Origin: Yuukianura sp. NJ FZ-2021
Taxonomy: Eukaryota
Direction: 5' to 3'
Assembly: GCA_046563655.1 (NCBI GenBank)
Contig: CM102287.1
Location: 9,920,001 to 9,984,000, forward strand
DNA length: 64,000 nt
Positions 58,612 to 64,000 of this stretch are shown here, piece after piece. The position numbers were made by a program, and so were the translations under genes. The first letter of the stretch is position 1; every line of letters begins with the position of its first letter. A model generated the notes under the pieces. The model was not told the origin of the DNA, made no database searches, and was given only the letters and a program-made list of their open reading frames with translations.

Positions 58612-61600
58612 AACACTTTTTTTTATCCTTCCTTTCAACCAGAAAAAAACTCTAAAGTTAAACCCAACAACCTGAAAACACTCAAAACCAAAAGTTAAAA
58701 GAAATTATTCATTTTTCTTTTAAAGTAGCGGCTGCTTTGCTCCTGCCGAGAAGCGAACCACCGACGCAAAAACAAACAAGAACAAAAGTTTTGGCGCTTT
58801 TTGTCTAAACTTTTTTCTTAACTTTCTCCCGCCAAGTTTTGGATTTGTGTGTGGTGCTGGTTGGTCTATTAGATTAGACAGAGACATTAAGATGTAAATA
58901 TGCGAACGGAATGGAGCACACTAAGCTCTCTCCTTGTTCCAAAATCTTTTTAGAAAATCTTCAAAAACTTTTTTTCAAAAAAAATTCTTGAAGAGAAAGA
59001 GAAAATGGACCAGAAAAAAATGGGTGTCTTGATTTCCTTTTCAATCCTAATGGCCAAAGTTAACTTTTTCTTAACCTCTTCCAATTTCCACTACTTTCAC
59101 CTTTTCTTTTCTCAAATTTTTTCCCGCCCAAATTTTTTTTTTCGAAAACAAAGCTTTCGCGCCACACGGAATTCAAACTTTCACCGCCAACTTTTTCTAG
59201 CGGAACAAAGAAATCCAACTTTCTCCACTTTGTCTTATTGAATTCCTTCGCCTGCCACCCGCCACTCTATTTTCGTTTTGGAGAAAATTACACTCTGCTT
59301 TTCGTTTTTGGCGGGAAAATTAAACTGAATCATTTCATTTCCTAAACCGCAAATAAATAGTTTTTGGAGAGGTGAAATTTCAAGAGTGTTTTCATTTTGA
59401 AGTGGTGGGTTTTGTCTTTTCAAGTGTGGAATTTTGTGGTTTTTAGTTGACGTGTTTTGTGGTCATCAACTTATAAAATACAATGCATCTGTCTGTTTGG
59501 ATGGTCTAACATTTATTTCGACTTGGAGTTGATTAAACTTTGGAAATCAAAATTCATTCCCTGTTCTCATGAATTTCAATTCCAGTCAAGTGCTCCTTGT
59601 CTCAGTTTGACTCATTACATTGATTAAGGGCCCCCAGAAACACTCAAAATTCAACAAAGGGCCCCCCTCACCCGCCAAAAGTTGACACTGTCCCCCATGA
59701 GGACCCTTGAAGGGCTCGAATCAAAAAAAGTAGTCGTTTTCTGAAATTTTAATTCTTTGGAAAAGTTGGAACGGCACTTTGCAGTGTTTTAGGTGTGAGG
59801 CGGGCCGCCCTTGAATGGGGCCCTTGAAGTACCCCCTCTGGAGTGACTAATGAGCCCTACCAGGATAATTACAAACCGGTTTTTTTGAAATTTTGAAGAG
59901 TTCAAATTTCAAAATTTGAGGTCAAACAGCTTTTTTCCCGGGGGTCATGAGGTTGAACCTTTTTCATTTTCCAAAAACAAACAAAGCCCGTTTTTTAAGC
60001 AAAAAATGAAAGAATGGACGATTTTTCAATTTCAAAATTGAAATGTTTAGAATTTTTTGCTTTTTTAAAGAAAAACTGTAGAAAGATGGATTGCTCCACT
60101 GTTTATGTTTTTTAGAACATGAATTTTTCCCACGGTGGATTGAATTTGAAAAGTGCTGTTTTTTGCTGAAAGTTTAAACATTAATTTCCGTTTTCCTCCT
60201 CTGGAGAACTCCGACCACAGAAGTTTCCGTCCAATTAAAATCAGATGGTAGCTTTTTAGAAAAACAGAAAGTATGTTGCAACATAGGCAACATACAAGTA
60301 TGTTACAGAAGCAACATACAATGTTATAGAAGCAACATACAATTTTCAGTATGTTATGAACATTAGTTTGCTCAGAGAGAAAGAGGAAATGTGGCTTCTG
60401 GAATTTTTTAATTAGGTTTCCCCCTTTATGAGGAAATTTACACCCACCGCAGGAAATTTACACAGTTTTCGGAATGACACACTTTCAAAAATTTCTAAAT
60501 TAAAACTCTTTTTTTTTTCAAAACCGGCCATTTCAAATTGAAATTTTAAATTTTCAGTTTCCTGCTTTCCCCAACTTACACAAAAACAGAAAAAATTTGA
60601 AACCACCATGATTCTAGCCTTGGTCTTCCAAAAACTCTTGAAAGTAAAGCCCCAGTATACCCAAAATTTGAAAAAGTTCAACCCGGCCTGAAGTGAAATT
60701 CAAAATTTAGTTTTTGAATTTTGAAAAACATAAATTTTAAGTGAACTTTTGAAGTTTGTGTTCATGCGACTGTTAATTAAGTTTCTCTTGGAAGAGAAAG
60801 CACAAGATAAATTATTGCACTGCATCGCCTTCTTGCATGTTCAGTCGACGTAGCGTGACTGTTGAGCAACCGTGCGGAAACTTTCTCTCCTTTTCAGAAT
60901 TAGGTTATGGTTAGGCTAAGAATTAGGTTAGGTTTCTTACGTTAGGTTATAAGAACCTAAATTTCTCTTAGCCTAACACTTTTAAGTACAGAAAGAAACG
61001 AATTAGATTCAAAACGATTATTTTGCGCCTTTCCTTTGACACGAGGTCACTTTAAAGTGATTGATTTAGCTTTTTAAAACATGCAACCTTTTGTTTTACA
61101 TTTTTAAAGATCATTTTCAAGATTAGCAAAAGTTGAAATTTCTTTGAATTATGAAAAATTTTGAATTGAAAAGTTTTTAGTCTTTCTGCTCTCATTAATC
61201 CCCGTTTTTTCTTGCGTAACTTTCTCTCTTCCTTTGAGAGTTTTTGTAGAAAAATAAAAGTGGAACGAAGAGTTTTGTGGAATTTTTGGATTCCAGGATT
61301 TTCAAAAAACTGAAAAAAAAAAGTTCAAACAATGCCGTTTTTGAAAAAATTCTGCCCCTCTAGTCAGTTTGAGAGTTTCCTGTGTGGTTTGAGAAACAGG
61401 AAGAGAATTATGAGCTTCGTGGCACAAAAGATTTCACCACAAAAATCACCACCAAAACTTTCAGTTTTCCAAAAATTTCAAACAAAAAATGAAAGGAGAA
61501 AGTAAAGTTTAGTGAATTTTAGTTTTGGCGCATCTTCTTCTTTCAAAACAGAAGTTTTTTTTTCAAAGTTTTTTTTTGTGGTGAATTTTGATTGGTTGTG

Positions 61601-64000
61601 AAATGATGCGTGTAGAATTCTGCCCAATTTGTTTCTTTCTCTGTCACCTTTGCACAGAAGACAAATGGATTTTGTTCAATGCCAAATGCAAAGCAGATGG
61701 AAGAGAGAAATTTTGAGGTTGACTAAACCTCAGAACTGCACAATTTTTTTTTCTTACTCAGCCTAACACTAAAAAATTGAATGGATTTAGGGTGACAGTT
61801 TTTGCCAAGAAAAAAAAACGAAAAATTGGCATGATTTCTAGTCTTTCTCAATTTGAGTAATTACATGGGCCACTGGGAAAACCAATGCTGCAGCTACATT
61901 CTTAAAAAAAACTTTCAAAAAAAATTGTCAAATTTTTTTGAAAAACACTTTTTAATAAATGGGATTTTGACAATCCAGAATCTCATGCTTATGTAAACTT
62001 TCCTCAAAAACTGAATTAGTTACTCCCTCCAAAATTCCAAACTTGTCTCAAACGTCATGTTCAGTTTTGTCTGAATCAATTTTAAGAATCAGAAGATCTT
62101 TTGGAACCAATTTTTCAAATTCTAGAAAAAAAATTTAGAAAAAGTGTGTTTCATCTAAACTTTTTTATCTAAAGTTTTTTTTTTTATCTGAACGTATTGA
62201 TTTTTTGTCTGTCGTGTTTCATTTATTGGCGCCGTGAGATCGTCTGGATTTGGCCATTTTCAGTTTCAAAATTCAACTGAGGAAGAAATTCAAGCACCGC
62301 GACGGTTCTGCTGTTTTTTTAATTTCGTTTTTTCGAAACACTTTTCAATTTTTTTTTGTTGGAGGCCAAAGTTCTGTTGACGCCGCTTGCATAACTATGA
62401 TGTACGACGCTATCTGGCTGCCCATCTTTCACCCTGCGTTTTTTCAACGGTTCTTCCCAGGACACACCGTGGAGAGGCGGAGAGGAGACATTCAAAAGTT
62501 GACGCTTAGGAAAATACAGAGAAAAACAACATTGGATCTCTATTTTTAGAACCATCTTCTACTCTACTCTGCTCAATACTCTACCTCTCAAGGCACTTAA
62601 CACTCTACAACTACTTTTTACATTTCAAACAACCTTTAAAAACTGTGTTCTAAAGTTTAAAAATTGTTTTAAAGTCTAAAAAAGTCAATTTATAGTGTTA
62701 AACTTTCATTGAATAAAAATTAAACAAGAAAAATGAGCACTTTTCTGTAATTTATGCACAGTCACGAAGTTAAATTGCAAATTTGCGACATTCTGCGCGC
62801 GCCGAATTAATTTCGCGATTATCTTCACTCAGCTCATGTGTGAAAAAAGCTAATCGTGGTAAACAGAAATTTTGAAAATATTTTGAAAAGGTAAAAAATG
62901 TAAAAATGTTGTTTCGAAAACTAGATTTTTTCAGTTTTGGAATTTTGGTATTATAAATCAGGCTGGAGAAAATGAATCTCTTGACAACAACTTTGGCTTT
63001 CTCTTCGTAATTGCTTTCTCTAACCTAAATCATTCCATAACACCCCCGTTCTACTTTCTGTACTAAATTTTAAATTTTGTTTAAAAAAAAATCTCGTTTT
63101 GAATTTATTTTGAAAAGCTAAAATAATGTTTTTTGTAATCTAATAATCCCAGACTTTCTCTTCTCATCTCACGGACTTTCCAATTTCACTTTCTCCGTGT
63201 CCAGCACATCTTGTTTTTCAGTTGAAAAACAGAAGAAAAAAGACACTCATTTTCAAAATTTGTTCTAAACATGACCTTTTTTTAAAAAAATGTTTTGAAA
63301 AGTACCTTTGAAAAATCTCATCATCCAAAAATCCTTGTTTATTTCCTGTCTGTCGCAATAGTCCTCTCCTCTTTTTCAAAATCCCCGCACAAAAGTCTCC
63401 AACTTTTTTTCTTCGTTTTGTCTATTTTTAGTAATTTAATGGCTCCCGAACTTCTCCTTAACTCACCCAAAATTTACTACTTTCCGTTAACTTCCAAAAT
63501 TTGTTTCTCCAGACTCTTAAATCAACTTCCAAGTCACTTTAGGTTTATGTTAGGTTAACATTAGGCTAACGTTAACATTAGTTTTATTACGTTAGGTTTT
63601 TGCTAAAAACTAACGACCCAATATTGTTCTAATTTCCAAACAGGAAAACATCATGTTTTTCTGTTTTTCAAAAATTCCTCAACTTTTATGACTCCTGAAG
63701 TCCATTCGTGTTTTTGAGGCGGTGAATGCGAATGTCTTGTTTTGCAACAAGGGGGGGGGGGGTAAACCAAGGGGGGGGGGCATAGCAAGATGCGAAAGAG
63801 GGGGGGGGGTACTAAAAATTTAGTAGCAATTCCCTAACCTCTGAAGCAGTGAGGCATAGTTGAGGGGCATTAGGAGAAGTAGGAGCATAAAATAAAGTTA
63901 GTACAAGAGAGGAGAGGGACCATGTTCCAGAAGAACTTTAAATGCAAATCTTTTAGCGGGAGATGCGATGATCTTTGACCTCTTTGTTTTAAATTTTTTA

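Noticed and set aside
51600..64000. Additional protein-coding genes or an autonomous transposase/RT
   Set aside because: No ORF with recognisable domains or a coherent exon chain was found; small or non-coding exons cannot be excluded by eye.

Overview
Eukaryotic (metazoan, probably arthropod-like; inferred, not proven) genomic DNA, not a prokaryotic locus. Bases ~0.5-32.5 kb are gene-dense with short GT-AG introns. They carry two diverged tandem 4-TM genes, HIGD1, MRPS27, small orphan TM genes, a TMEM200-like gene with two alternative first exons, a PH-less OSBP-family gene, an orphan coiled-coil gene between Helitron-like repeats, LAMTOR2, NudE/NDEL1, a ZDHHC1/11-like palmitoyltransferase, POFUT1, ANAPC13 and THADA. 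Bases ~34.9-51.6 kb hold one 10-exon LRR-FN3-TM receptor gene (minus strand) with MITEs, a 35-bp palindromic minisatellite and tRNA-like elements in its introns. Bases 51.6-64 kb appear non-coding. The most unusual signal is not a gene. The exact 13-mer AGGTCAAAGGTCA (nuclear-receptor DR1 consensus) occurs at least 19 times with no shared flanks, in short introns, UTR/intergenic DNA and even inside open reading frames. Non-coding DNA is also partitioned into a few short-motif 'dialects' (AGGTCA, phased TTTCAAAATTTTGAAA, TTAATT/GTTAAC, TTTGCAAA, AAGGGCCCTT, TAACC/TTAGG). All gene models were spliced by hand and all gene names come from recalled family motifs, not database searches.
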